Assembly (NCBI RefSeq): GCF_001194135.2
Contig: NC_068982.1
Span: 14,949,460-15,013,459 of the forward strand
Length of the DNA stretch: 64,000 nt
Reading direction: 5' to 3'
Source of the DNA: Octopus bimaculoides
Taxonomy: Eukaryota
The position numbers were made by a program, and so were the translations under genes. The notes beneath the pieces are model-generated. The model was given only the letters and a program-made list of their open reading frames with translations. It was not told the DNA's origin and made no database searches. This document shows positions 1-13,370 of this stretch, one piece after another (position 1 is the stretch's first letter; each line of letters starts with the position of its first letter).

Positions 1-379
1 CCATCCACCCTTCAACCCTTCCCAATCTTTGTAGTTGTTGCCTGACTCCCCTCCCTATTTTCCCTCTCTCTTGACCCCTCTCCCATTTCCCCTATCTCTT
101 GACCCCCTCCCCCATACACTCCAAGCTTCCTTGACCTCGTTCACTTCTGCTCACCTCATACCTGAAGGTACCACCTGGACGCCTCATCACCACTATTTAT
201 CCCTTTACTGCTGCTACTGATTCATTTTCTCTTTTCCCTAAATGGGAATAGCCATATTGCTCCTCTAAAACAAGAACCTGCTTTGCCACAACCCTTTCCC
301 TCATACCTTAAACCCCATCTAGCAAAAAGATGTCCGTCATCCTTGCATTTTGTAATATTGTGAGCTACACAGCAACCTC

Positions 380-590
380 ACTAATGCCAGTGGTATGGAA
401 AAAGCACCCAGTACACACAATAAAGTGGTTGGCATTAGGAAGGACATTCTGCCACAGAAACCATCCCGAAACAGATGTTGGAGTACAATGCAATCCTTGG
501 ATCCATTGAATCCTGTCAAACAGTCCAACCTATGCCAGCATGGAACATGGACATTATTAATATTTATGCAGCTTCTGATGATGATGATGT
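380..590 (+). mobile_element. Family C retroposon (RTE-related, Ceph-domain-like) fragment
   Basis: aaaagcacccagtacac...ggttggcattaggaaggacattc...cctatgccagcatggaacatggacatta plus (GAT)n tail; degenerate copy of the family seen at 46840. Confidence 0.7.
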
Positions 591-660
591 TGAGAAGGAG
601 GAAGAGGAGGAGAATCTCCACTGCTAGAGAATGTATTATAATGTATGTGTGTGTGCGGTA

Positions 661-979
661 AAGGTGTATGGCTTAGTGTTTAGGGCATTCAACTCGCAAT
701 CATGAGATAACGAGTTTGATATCTTGTGGCATATTGTATTCTTGAGCAAGGCACTTTATTTCACGTTGCCCCAGTCCACTCAGCTGGCAAAAACGAATAA
801 TACCTGTATTTCAAAGGGCCAACCTTGTCACGTTCTGTGTCATGCTGGATCTTCTTGAGAACTACATTAAGGGTACGTGTGTTCGTGGAGCGCTCAGCTA
901 CTTGCATGTCAGTTTCCCAAGCAGGTTGTTCCATTGATCCGATCAACTGGAACCTCCATCACCATAACTGATGGGAAGC

Positions 980-983
<4 letters not shown>
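661..983 (+). mobile_element. Family D tRNA-headed SINE
   Basis: tRNA-like head (tggcttagtgtttaggg...gagtttgat), ttgagcaaggcactttatttcacgttgccccagtccactcagctg core, ends at (GT)n; related copies at 23648, 27307 and 41120. Confidence 0.65.
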
Positions 984-1014
<31 letters not shown>

Positions 1015-1334
1015 TTTCTGTACCTAATTTGGCACTAGGGATTTGAGTGCAGATCAGCAGTGGACTTTCTTAATAGTTGTAAAATAAAAAAACAAACTTA
1101 GGCTTTCTGGTATTTAATTACTTGTTTCTTAACTTGTTTTTAGTAAATTTTTACTTGCATAGGGCACATGACCTTAGATTTCTAAGGATATAACACTGGA
1201 ACTTCGTTTTTGTATTTGGTTTGCAAGATTCTTTATGTGAATTCATGTGTTGAAGCATGTTCTGTTGTGTCTGGGGAGAGTCATTCTCTTTTAGTGCCTT
1301 ATTAATTAAGAGAATCACCAGTTTGATTTCCACT

Positions 1335-1733
1335 CATTTACTTACTCTCTTTTACTTGTTTTAGTCATTTGACTGTGGCCATGCTGAAGCACCACCTTTA
1401 GTCGAACAAATCGACCCCAGGACTTATTCTTTGCAAGCCTAGTACTTATTCTGTGGGTCTCTTTTGCCGAACCGCTAAGTTACAGGGACGTAAACACACC
1501 AGCATTGATTGTCAAGCGCTGTTGGGGGAGACAAACACAGACACGCAAACATATACACACACATACATATATACGACGGGTTTCTTTCAGTTTCTGTCTA
1601 CCAAATCCACTCACAAGGCTTTGGTTAGCCCGAGGCTATAGTAGAAGACACTTTCCCAAAGTGCCATGCAGTGGGACTGAACCCAGAACTATGTGGTTCA
1701 TAAGCAAGCTACTTACCACACAGCCACTCCTAC
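1335..1733 (-). mobile_element. Family A tRNA-derived SINE, full length
   Basis: Reverse complement of GTAGGAGTGGCTGTGTGG (A box)...GGTTCAGTCCC (B box)...internal TA/TG microsatellite...CCAGCATGGCCACAGTCAAATGACT...AAGTAAAAGAG tail. Confidence 0.88.
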
Positions 1734-3976
1734 TTATAATTTATTTTTTTCTATGTTCTACTTATATTTTCCATGTTCTAAATAAATAATTAAATAAGTG
1801 GTGAGTGTGTTAAATAATAAGGCACTAAAAAAGAATGACTCTCTCCAGACACACTAAAACATTGGAACTGTTGTAACATTTGTACCTGTCCAAGAAATAG
1901 ATTTACTTCTCCAAGACCTTACATAAGCTCTGTGGCACCTAAGTGGTTAGTAATTCGATTTCGTGTGTGTGTGCATAAATGTTGCCATTCTGCTTCTCTT
2001 GTGAGATCAACTGAGTGAAAAATGGTGTAATCACATTTACACTCCCAGGAAACATTATGTCCTGAAGCTCTGCTTTCTTGAAGCCATGGAATAAAACTTT
2101 CTTGAAACAGGGAAGAACTGGTGACTAGAAAATACCCAGCCATAAAAATACTGCCTCTCAAATAAGTACCCATCCAGCTTACACCTGCATAGAAAAATAG
2201 TTTCAAAACAGTTGAAGAAATATAGATGAATTTATGTATATGTATATGCATGTATACCTGCATATACATACACTGATTATTCTAAAGTATATCTATACAA
2301 ATCAGTCTATCAAAAACTAAATGATATAAAGAAGTAACAGTAGAGATTCTATGGTATCTTGTCTGCCATAAAATCTCCCGATAGTAACATCCTATCCTTT
2401 GATTTATTTCTAGGAAATCTTGTCTGTTCTCCTTGATCGTGTTTCCTCTTCTAACCTATTTTCTCATTCTGGCTTGTGCAAAATATTCTTCCCTAACATC
2501 ATCGTTCATATTTTGCTTTTCTTTTTTCTTTGCCTTTTCCCCAATCTTTCACTGTATCTTCTTTGCCTCTCTTGATTCAATTCTCACTGTCGTGCTCTAT
2601 AACCATTATCTGCTGTATCATACCAAACTCTTTTTCAGTTATAAAATAATTCAAGAAGAACTTGGTATTATGTTGTTGGTAACACGTTTATCCAGGATAG
2701 ACAATTACATGACTTTTAAGAAAGTCAGTAACATAGTTATTAGTTTATAGACTGTTGGAAAACACCATGTATAGGATATACCATTGCATACATTTTATAA
2801 AGAAGCTTAGGAGTACAATTATTACTGTATAGATAAAAGAACAGATTGATAGAATTTCAATCTTCATGACAGTGACTTGTCTACGATGCTTGTGCTAAAT
2901 CATCAGGTAAATAGTAAGAGAAAATCAACTGCTACTGGTACATGCACACATACACGCTCACACACATATGAATGTTTATGCCATGTACACATATGCACAA
3001 TTCTCTCTCTCTCTCTCCCTATATATATCATACACTTTTACCATCCCCTTTTCATAGTATGATCAATTTTTTACACTATAGGAATCTATCATTAGCACTT
3101 AGATCAATGGCTTTAAGTTTAAAAAATACATAGAAGACTATGACTTAACGAATTTCTTTTCAAATAATCCTTGTATATAACTAAAAAGATATTGTTTGTA
3201 TTACATATAGTAATGGTTTCTTGGTTTCTACCTTAGGCACATGACCAGAGGTTTTGAAGGGAATGTGTTAGTTGATACAGTGAACCCCAGTACTTGATTG
3301 GTACTTTATTTTATCCACCCTGAGGGTTAAAAGGCAAAGTTGAACTCGGGACATAAAGAGCTGGAAGAAATACCACTAGGTATTTCTTGTCTGTAACTCA
3401 AATAAAAGAAGGAAACTAAATAGCAGAATAAATATTTGAAGTTGATAGGAATAGAGAAAGGGCAAATTTTTTATGTGAAAATAATTTAACAAAAAAGAAT
3501 AATAAAATATCACACTAAAAGATTTTTTTTTAGAATTATTTTAAAGTGAGCAAATGACATTCTGATTAATTAATTTGGTTAATGGAAAACAGCTAAATGG
3601 ACAAATTATTTTCGTCATGTTTGCTAGGCAGAAAGCTTAAATTCTGCTTTCTTCAATTCATTTACTAGTGAAAAATTGGTACCAACAGTATTACAAGTGA
3701 AAAACTGGGGTTATATCTGTGTGAGAGATACATCTCTTAGACATTTTACAATAGTGAGAATTAGGAAGTCTCTATGCTTGTTAAACCTATCTAAAATAGC
3801 AGTCAAATCTTTCTCAAATTCCGTCTTATTGGATAATAAAGTCCTAAGCTATATAATGTTTGGAAAAATATAACTGCTTCTAATGCCTTTAATGATGGGT
3901 TTGTTCAGACCAGGCAACCAAAACAATACACAGTACAGAGATAAAACATCACTTTTGAAACCAATTTGAACAAGTA

Positions 3977-4348
3977 GGCACAGGAGTTGTTGTGTGGTAA
4001 ATAACTTGCTTACCAACCACATGGTTCCCGGTTCAGTCCCACTGCATAGCACCTTGAGCAAGGGTCTTCTACTATAGCCTTGTGAGTGGATTTGGTAGAC
4101 AGAAACTGAAAGAAGCCCTTCGTATATATACATATATATATATATATATTGTGTGTGTGTCTGTGTTTGTACTCCCACCATCGCTTGACAACCGATGCTG
4201 GTGTGTTTACGTCCCTGTAACTTAGCGGTTCAGCAAAAGAGACCGATAGAATAAGTACTAGGCTTACAAAGAATAAGTCAATTTGTTCGACTAAAGGCAG
4301 TGCTCCATCATGGCCACAGTCAAATGGCTGAAACAAATAAAAGAGTAA
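3977..4348 (+). mobile_element. Family A SINE, full length
   Basis: ggcacaggagttgttgtgtggtaa...ggttcagtccc...tggccacagtcaaatggctgaaacaaataaaagagtaa; inverted relative to the 1335 copy. Confidence 0.88.
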
Positions 4349-5121
4349 GTAGTTTTTTTTAAAATTAATTTAAATTTAAAATCAAATTAAATCTACATAA
4401 AATGTTTAGCGCTTAGACATTTATATATATATTAAAGAATTCTCAGATTTTGGGCAGATTCTTTAAAGTATATTTAGCAGTGAACTATGTGAATTTGCCA
4501 AGAATATGTAGTTGTCAGAGTAAGCATAGAAAATGATTGCTTTTCCAAGATGTGAATGTTTTGCAATAGACAAGATGTTTAAATCCTTCATAAGACACCA
4601 TGGTTTCATATAATAATCATATCATTGACTGCAATGAAAAGAAAAAATAAACATCAAAATTAAAAAAAAGAAAAAACAGTATATTTAATCAGGGACTGCT
4701 GAATATTTCTGTGAAATTTATGCAAATAATACTACAAAAATACTTTGGGGTTATACTTTATTTATTTGTAGACATCTCAGTTTACATTCTGCAAGCAATA
4801 ATGATGATGAAATATTTGTTTATTTCCTTGTTTGTTTTGGTTGTTTTTTTCTTTTAAAAATATACAGCATCTGGGAAATTGTTATTCTTCTTGGTAGCTC
4901 AGTCTTTGTGAAGCTTCTTTCATCCTCAAGGTGTTTTAACATTTCTATCAATGTTTTTTTTTTTTATGGTTACAACCAGCTAGAGTTCTTCCATGGTGAT
5001 TCTCTTGTTCTTCTTTATAAATATGTATATGTATGTATGTGTATGCAGATGTACGTATGTATGTATATATATACATATGTGTGTGTGTGTATAATTGTAT
5101 GTATGTCTATATATGTATATA

Positions 5122-5214
<93 letters not shown>

Positions 5215-5231
5215 CACATAAATGTTATCTT

Positions 5232-5593
5232 GTTGTGGTTATTAGATTGCAGCCATGAATTTTAGTGGCAGGAATCAACCCCAATACTTTTATTTGGTTG
5301 AGCCTGCTGCTTATTGTATTGGTTTCTTTGGCCAAACCACTAAGTTACAGGGATATAAATACACCAATACTGGTTGTCAAGTGGTGGTGGAGGACAAATA
5401 TAGGCATGCACACGCACATACACACATATACGACAAGCTTCTTTCAGTTTCCATCTCCCAAATCTATTCACAAGGCTTTGATTGTCCCAAGGCTATAGTA
5501 GAAGACACTTACCTACCCAAGGTGTCATGTGGTGGGACTGAACCCAGAATCATGTGGTTGGGAAACAAACTTCTTACTACACAGCCATGCCTG
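5232..5593 (-). mobile_element. Family A SINE, degenerate
   Basis: Same head and body motifs reverse-complemented (ggtgggactgaacccagaatcatgtgg...acacagccatgcc). Confidence 0.75.
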
Positions 5594-5616
5594 TATATAT
5601 ATATGCATTCATATAC

Positions 5617-5663
<47 letters not shown>

Positions 5664-5930
5664 NNNNNNNNNNNNNNNNNNNNNNNNNNNNNNNNNNNNN
5701 NNNNNNNNNNNNNNNNNNNNNNNNNNNNNNNNNNNNNNNNNNNNNNNNNNNNNNNNNNNATATATATTCAGTTCTTTCATTGTGCCTTCCCAGCTAGAAC
5801 TGGGCTGCACCATAATTTGTGTTTTGTTTTGAGAGGGCATTCATAGCAGCTTTCAGCTCCTTTGTTCATACACTTGCATACATATTGGATTGACTTGATT
5901 GTATGGCAGAACTCCTCATCAGTGTATAAA

Positions 5931-6535
5931 CAGTGTCATCGCTAAGCCCCTGCAATCCCTGCGGTCACAGGGGGCCTCGGCGGTTGAGGGGCCCCATGTT
6001 AAGATCAAAGTACATAGATGAGTTATCTATTTACTTTGGTTAAGATGTTGAACAAGAGTTGAACTATCCATGTTAACTGAAAATTTCAAGACAAAATGGT
6101 AATACATTATACCTACAGAAGTTCTTGTAAAAATATTACATTATACCACAAACGTGTACCAGATTTTGTAGATTGTCTATGATATCTATTGAACGTGAAC
6201 TTAACTCTCAACTTGATTATTCTGAACTTAACAATGATTTCGAGAAGCAAAAAGTGTGCCATGTTTGTCTTTGAAAGTTGCCTGGATTATAAAAATTCGC
6301 TTTTATTCATGTCTGGAAGTTTTACTTATTGAAATTTGAAATAAGCCTTAATAAATTTAACTTGTTGTGCTTTTAAAGATGTTTTTTAGGATAACATGAA
6401 ACATTGAACTTCAGATAGAATGAAATAAAATATAGCCATGAATAAAAGGTGCGTAGATTATGAATTTTGATTGAAGGGATTGGGCCTCGAAACAAAAAGT
6501 TGCAGGGGGCCTCAAAAAGTCATGTGACAGCGCTG
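5931..6535 (+). mobile_element. Non-autonomous hAT-family DNA transposon retaining a transposase C-terminal relic
   Basis: Imperfect termini CAGTGTCATCGC / GTGACAGCGCTG; 8-bp TSD tgtataaa / tgtataca (7/8); subterminal GGGGGCCTC repeats. Internal frame LSMISIERELNSQLDYSELNNDFEKQK resembles the end of the hAT dimerization domain. Confidence 0.75.
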
Positions 6536-7335
6536 TGTATACATCAAGCACAACAGTAGACAATTAGGCAACATAAGTTGTTCATCTCAGCATCCTTAAC
6601 ATTTATTGTTTTTTCTTGGCTATACAACCTCCATTTTTGGGTCTCCCCCAATATGAATTTCTTTTATCAGTTTCCTAGGATACATTTTGATACATTGTTT
6701 TTCATTCAGAGATCTGTTGAATTTAGGAGCCCACATGAGCCATTCTCACTTACATACACCACACACACACACACCTGCACACCTCTCTCTCTCTCTCTCT
6801 CTCTCTCCCTCATACACACACACACATACACAGACCTTACCAATGCTATTATCTTTTTTATGGCAGCTCACTTTTGCTATATATTTTCTTTCTCACATGA
6901 ATATTCTGCTAACCAGATTAGCTACCTGATATGTTGAATGTATCGTACAATAAACCTGTGTTTTACCATCAAATCATTCCATTTTTCTTCTATTTTATTT
7001 TGAAGCTCATAGAAATACAATGCTCTTATATGATAATATAGACAAGATTATAGGTTACAGAATTATATCACTCCTCAAAAAAAAGCTTCTCATTCCATAC
7101 TTAAAAAAAGAGTATATAAGCAACAACAAGAAATAGGATTGATTTATTTATATATTTCCTCTGAATTAAAACTGCATGGTATCTAAAAGAAGTCCCTTGT
7201 AATTTCACTTCATTGGTAACAGCAGTACTTCATGTATCTATCTCAGGCTTTATTTATTTTCTCCATTAATTCATGGCTCTTTGTACCCAGGGAATCACTA
7301 ACCATCTTTTTTTGCTCTTCAAACTATTTTCCTTT

Positions 7336-7712
7336 TATGGCTGTGTGGTGAGAAGCTTGCTTCCCAACAACATGTTTCTGGGTTCAATTCCACTGCACTG
7401 CACCTTAGGCAAGTGTCTCCTACTATATCCTTAGCCTGACCAAAGACTTGTGAGTGGATTTGGTAAACGGAAACTGAAAGAAGCTTGTTGTGCGTGTTTG
7501 TCTTTGTGTCTCTGTCCCCCACCACCACTTGACAATTGGTGTTGGTGTGTTTATGTCCTTGTAACTTAGCTGTTTGGCAAAAGAAACCAATAGAATATAT
7601 ACCAGGCTTAAAATGACTATAAATACTGGGATCAAGTAGTTCAGTTAAAATTCTTCAAAGTGGTGCTCCAGCATGGCCGCAGTCTAATGACTAAAACAAG
7701 TAAAAGATAACT
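7336..7712 (+). mobile_element. Family A SINE
   Basis: tggctgtgtggtgagaagcttgc...ggttcaattcc...ccagcatggccgcagtctaatgactaaaacaagtaaaag. Confidence 0.85.
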
Positions 7713-8572
7713 AATAAAAAAATCCTCTATCTCAGTATATGAACATTCGTCTGTGGGGAAGAATGGTTCCATTTCTTCCCTGACCCAAATACGAAACCAC
7801 TCCCATGTAGTTATAGATTCCCTGGCACACACAAAAAAAAACAAAAACACAAATGGGGGGAAACTGGTTTTTCATGCTTGAGTATTGACTTTTCCATGTT
7901 TTTAGTTGTTGATGTGTATTGTTAATTGAAACAGAAAAATAAATAACACATTGTTAGATATGAGATATTAGGCCTCTAACTTTTAAGCTGCAGAATTTGT
8001 TTTGTGAATCAATTTGCTATTTTTACCTTTAGAAACTTGTATTCATATCAATTAATGATTAATAGATTTTTGATGATTACATATTTATGTTTCTGAGATA
8101 AGCCATTGCAAGACTAGTTTGAAATATACTGACTATTAAACCTTTTTCTGTTTTCTACAATACAATTTTGATCAATGATTCCCTGATTATCTTCATATGG
8201 TTTTTACCAATTAAGAGTACTGTGGCTCTGTTTTATAAATAAAGATTCTGGATTCAAATGCTTTCCCCCATTATATATATCTTTTCTCTTTTACTTATTT
8301 CAGTCATTAGATAGCGACCATACTTGGGCACCACCTTGCCAAAGATATATACATTGGTTTCAGATCTTAACACAAGGCTAGCAATTTTTGGGGAAGGGGT
8401 AAGTTGATTACATCAACCTCAGTATTCAACTGGCATTTTATCATCCCCAAAAGGATGAAAGGCAAAGTTGACCTCAGTGGAATTTGAACTTAGAACTTAA
8501 AGACGGATGAAATTCCACGAAGCATTTTGCCTGGTGTGCTAGTGATTCTGCAAGTTCATCACCTTAAATATG

Positions 8573-8645
<73 letters not shown>

Positions 8646-8649
8646 GTAG

Positions 8650-8945
8650 AAAGCACCATTTGAGTGTGGCCAATGCTGGTGCCGCCTGACTGGCTCCTGT
8701 GCTGGTGGCATGTAAAATACACCATTCAAGAATGACCGATGCCAGTGTTGCCTGACTGGCCCCCATGCCAGTGGCACATAAAAAGCACCCACTACACTCT
8801 CGAAGTGGTCGGCATTAGGAACGGCATCCAACCATAGAAACCCTGTGAAAACAGACAAGTGCAGCATGGGGCAGCTCTCCATCTTGCCAGTTCCTGTCAA
8901 GCCATTCAATCCATGCCAGCATGAAAAATGGACCTTAAATGGGTG
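8650..8945 (+). mobile_element. Family C RTE-related retroposon
   Basis: Repeated ggcatgtaaaa/ggcacataaaaagcac modules, cactacactctc..ggtcggcattaggaacggcatcc, ccatgccagcatgaaaaatggacc tail. Confidence 0.8.
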
Positions 8946-9088
8946 GTTTCTTACGTGGTGCCAGCATAGGTGCTTAAAGCAGAGAATAGACCCATTCAAA
9001 GGAAACAGAAATAGATGTACTTAATAGAGTAGAAATTTCTAAACTATTATTGATACATCATAAATATTTTCTTTTTCATCTGTCTTTA

Positions 9089-9478
9089 CATTCTGAGTTA
9101 AAATTCTGCTGAGGTCAACTTTGCGTTTCATCCTTTTGGGGTCAATATATTAAGTACCAGTTGCATACTGGGTCGATCTAATCGACTGGCCTCCTCCCCA
9201 AAAATTTTAGGCCTTGTGCCTAGAGTAGAAAAGAATATTTTTTCTACTTAGGGTAGCAAGCTGGCAGAATCGTTAGCATGACGAGCGAAATGCTTAATGG
9301 TATTTCGTCTGCCGTTATGTTCTGAGTTCAAATTCCACTGAGGTCGACTTTGCCTTTCTTCCTTTTGGAGGTCAATAAATTAAGTACCAGTTGCATACTG
9401 GGTCAATCTAATCGACTGCCACCCCCAAACCCCCCTCCTCAAAAATTTTGGGCATTGTGCCTAGAATAGAAAAGAAAT
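9089..9478 (+). mobile_element. Two tandem family B SINEs (truncated copy then full copy; Meta/Inv-domain-like core)
   Basis: agctggcagaatcgttagc...ctgagttcaaattcc...gaggtcgactttgccttt...ggtcaataaattaagtaccag...gcattgtgcctagaatagaaaaga. The GCCTTTCATCC...AAGTACCAG core resembles the widespread Meta/Inv SINE domain (from recall). Confidence 0.8.
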
Positions 9479-10344
9479 CTTTTCTTTTGGCCTACATGTC
9501 ATACTTCGGAAAGTAGGAACCTAACAGAGTAAATTGTATATAATTGACAGAAGCCAATGGGAAACCACTTCTGTCTTTCCCAAGAAACAAATCATGTACC
9601 TTCAGACTCTGGCATGGAGATCCATGAGTGTCAGTGCCTATGGACATAGCAGATGAAGGACTGAGAGCTCTGTAGCATGGGTGTGTTTAAACAGAGCTGA
9701 CTAAAGAGCTGCTTAGCAACAGCTTCTGGCTCTAACAATTCCTGAAAATAAACACCTTCACCATCAGTAGATTTGTTGATATGGCAACAAAATATTTGCT
9801 TTATAATCTCCCTATTATCTGAAGAGAAAATTAAAAATCAATGTGATTGAATGTAGAGTTTGGATGTAAACTATACGAAAGCAAGACATATGAGCACTGT
9901 TCCTATATTTTGGTATTTATTAATTAGGCAGATATGTTTCTCGTATATAACAAATACTACATTCAACCTTCAAGTGGGGGAGGGGGTCTTTACACAAGTT
10001 ACTCAACCTGCTAGAAATAGCAGCCAAATTTGGCTCATTACACCCTACTAGCTTGCTATCGTATAATGTTATCTCTAGGTCAGATCTCATTGAGCAGACC
10101 TATGACCAAAGTGGTTTGTGAACACTTGAAGAAGAAAGAAGAGAAGGAATTGGTAGAATCAGGAAATCATCTGAAAAATACTTTGCAGCATTTGTACAGA
10201 TTCTTCACATTTTGAGTTCAAATCCTACCAAGGTCAACTTTGCCTTTCAACTTTGAGGTTGATAAGCTAAAATACCAGACAAGTACGGGGGGTGGGGGTG
10301 GGGGGTCAATGCTATCAACTAATTCCCACCACCAAAATTGTTAG

Positions 10345-10892
10345 CCAAGTAAGAGAGCAGTGCATGCCATCAAAGTGATACTGGGGTAAAATATACGAAG
10401 CCCAATATACCCATCAAGACTACCCATCTGATAAGGATACACCAGGCACATGCATCACAACCATATGTGCACGACATAGTGATCTCATATCAAGATAAAT
10501 AGCGCATGACCTTGCAGGTTGGGCCCAGTTAGAATTTTCTTCAGGTCAAGTAGCCCATCCTAACAAAAGGTCCTTGAATAAGGTTTGTTTAAGGATATTG
10601 GACGAAACACCCATGTTTCCAGAAGTAAATTATTCAAACCCCTAAAAATTCTTCTTAACACATGGCTATGATACTTCCCCCACTACTTCTGCTTATGATC
10701 AGAGATGCATATATAGTCAGCCACCAAGGGACATGCTCAACTGGTTAAGGTCAAACAACTGACAAGCAAATCTGTGATATTGAGCAGAATATTTGCTGTA
10801 GCCCATCTTTTATACCGAGACAAACAATATACATGACAACACTTCCAATCAGTTAAGATTAGAAGCCATGAGAGCCACTGCCTGGTACTGCA
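10345..10892 (-). mobile_element. ~550-bp non-coding block, probable interspersed repeat of unassigned class
   Basis: More GC-balanced than the flanks, no ORF, sharp edges next to other repeats. Resembles, from memory only, an octopus interspersed repeat; no second copy in this window. Confidence 0.4.
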
Positions 10893-11010
10893 TCAGGGCA
10901 TTTCCCCCTCATCCTACACCCTTGTGGCAAATAAATGAAATCATTATTATTATTATGTTTATATATTCATTTTGCAAGATTCTTGATGTGAATTTGTGTG
11001 TTGAAACACA

Positions 11011-11213
11011 TATTGTTGTATTTGGGGATGGTCATGTTGCCAGTTTAGTCAATGAAAACACACGCTCTATATATTTGGTGTTCACTTGCTTCAGCCTTAT
11101 TTTATATTAATCATTAATATGAAATAAAGCTGAAGCAAGTGAACACCAAATACATAGTGTGTGTGTTTTTATTGGTTAAACTGGCAACATGACCATCTCC
11201 AAATACAATAATA
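11011..11213. repeat. Long palindrome: 101-bp arms, 1-nt centre
   Basis: Arms 11011-11111 and 11113-11213 align without indels, 10 mismatches (hand-aligned). Confidence 0.95.
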
Positions 11214-11250
11214 TTATTATTATTATCATTATTATTATTATTATTATTAT

Positions 11251-11288
<38 letters not shown>

Positions 11289-11289
11289 C

Positions 11290-11598
11290 TTTGCCTTACT
11301 GGCACTTGTGCCGGTGGCATGTGAACAAAGCATTTGACTGACTCCTGTGCAGGTGGCACGTAAAAAACACCATTTGAGCATGGCCATTGCCAGTACCACC
11401 GGACTGGCCCTCGTACCAGTGGCACGTAAAAAAGCATCCACTACACTCTCGGAGTAGTTGGCGTTAGGAAGGGCATCCAGCTGTAGAAACTCTGCCAGAT
11501 CAGATTGGAGTCTGGAGTACCCATCTGGTTCGCCAGTCCCCAGTCAAATCGTCCAACCCATGCTAGCATGGAAAGCAGACGTTAAATGATGATGATGA

Positions 11599-11600
<2 letters not shown>
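11290..11600 (+). mobile_element. Family C RTE-related retroposon inserted in a (TAG)n tract
   Basis: Full family C body and GGAAAGCAGACGTTAAATGATGATG tail; (TAG)n on both sides (11251-11288, 11598-11642). Confidence 0.85.
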
Positions 11601-11641
<41 letters not shown>

Positions 11642-12572
11642 CATATTACATTTGGCATTCTGAACAATCTTGCAGTTCTAGTTATAAATCCGTTTTTATC
11701 ACTCATGAAAGTAGCCAAATATAAAAGACACCTGGAAACAAATTCTATACTTTGTTTGTGTGTGTGTGTGTGTGTATGCGTGTGTGTGTGTATGCGTGTG
11801 CATGCGAGTGTGCATGCATGTGTGCGTGCACGTGTGTGTAGGTGTGTGTTTTACTTGACTAGCCATATTGATTTGCAAACTGATTCTAGTAATAGCAAAA
11901 ACATACATTGTACATTTATTTTCTTGGTTTTATCTTCCAAAAATGTGATTCTTCATATAAAACTTAATCCTTCTTCTTTACTGCAATCTAAGACTTGTTT
12001 TTATTCATGTCGGAAAATCATTGTAAATTACTTATATTTCCTCCTTATCATACACACTGACAAGAACTGGTTTAAACTACCCAAGTTTCTATTGTAAATC
12101 TTCCTTTCATTGCCTTCCATCCCAAAACTTCACTTAGGACCTCTATAGACTTGCTTTAGTAATACCAAAATACCACTCACCTAAGTTGACCAGAATATTC
12201 TGTATACTTTCTGTTGAACAAATATTCTTGTTTTCATTGTTTTCTTCTATTGAGTTCTTTCATTTCTTTTCTTTCTCGTATATAGTATTACAGCAAGATG
12301 CCCTTCCTAGTTCAGATTCCATGCTATGGCGGGGGTGGTAGAATACATTTTCTACATTAATGCAGTGTGCTGAACTGTTTTGTTGTGTTACATAACGAAA
12401 ATTAGCTCAATCCACATTTTTCTTTCTTTGAATAAATTTATCTGGAAAAGAGAAATCTGGTGTTTTGAGGCTGTTTCGTCATCTGCGAGAAAGAGAGAGA
12501 GGAGAAACTTCTTTTTAATTAATTTTCTCAACTGACATCATCTGAAAAATATAAATTTCTTTGCATACCTTC

Positions 12573-12707
<135 letters not shown>

Positions 12708-12991
12708 AAGATATAGTGTTGAAACAACAAATATCTTTTCTCCTCTTGGCATATAAATTCATCCAAGTTTCACTGATGCATCTACCACCAGTTTCATTGG
12801 ACTCTGTTTCCCACCATTGTTTCCTTACATCCAACCAGGATGTCAAATTATATTCCTTGTAGAAAAGTGTAACACTACACTGATTTGAAACCTTTGAACC
12901 TCTTAACCAGACTCCCACGCCATAATCACTCAGCTTCCACTTGGAATAAATTATACGAGTAATCCAGATAAAATATTTTAGATAAATATAC

Positions 12992-13194
12992 TCTTTTACT
13001 CTTTTACTTGTTTTAGTCATTTGACTGTGGCCATGCTGGAGCACCGCCTTTTAGTTGAGCTAATCGACCCCAGAGCTCATTCTTTGTAAGCCTAGTACTT
13101 ATTCTATCGGTCTCTTTTGCCGAACTGTTAAGTTACAGGAACATAAACACACCAGCATCGGTTGTCAGGTGATGGTGGGGGGACAAACATATAC

Positions 13195-13210
<16 letters not shown>
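12992..13210 (-). mobile_element. Family A SINE, 3' half
   Basis: ctcttttactcttttacttgttttagtcatttgactgtggccatgctggagcaccgcc... Confidence 0.8.
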
Positions 13211-13242
<32 letters not shown>

Positions 13243-13370
13243 TTGTTCATATGATGATATCTCCACAATGTGTTGATGATGAGAAAAACATGTAATCGCT
13301 ACCAATATAGCAAGAGATTTCTCTGCAAAGGTCTAAAGTAGACTCCTTATGGATCGATCTCCTTGGTTAT

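Noticed and set aside
4908-5846. ORFs rich in YI/CV/HT/ER repeats or X (also 8539, 12528, 16488, 29721, 36628, 44866-45719, 62011 and the long X-filled ORFs)
   Set aside because: Translations of dinucleotide microsatellites or N-gaps.
10345-10892. Possible U2 snRNA or 28S rRNA derivation of this block
   Set aside because: Only short scattered word matches by eye; no colinear similarity.
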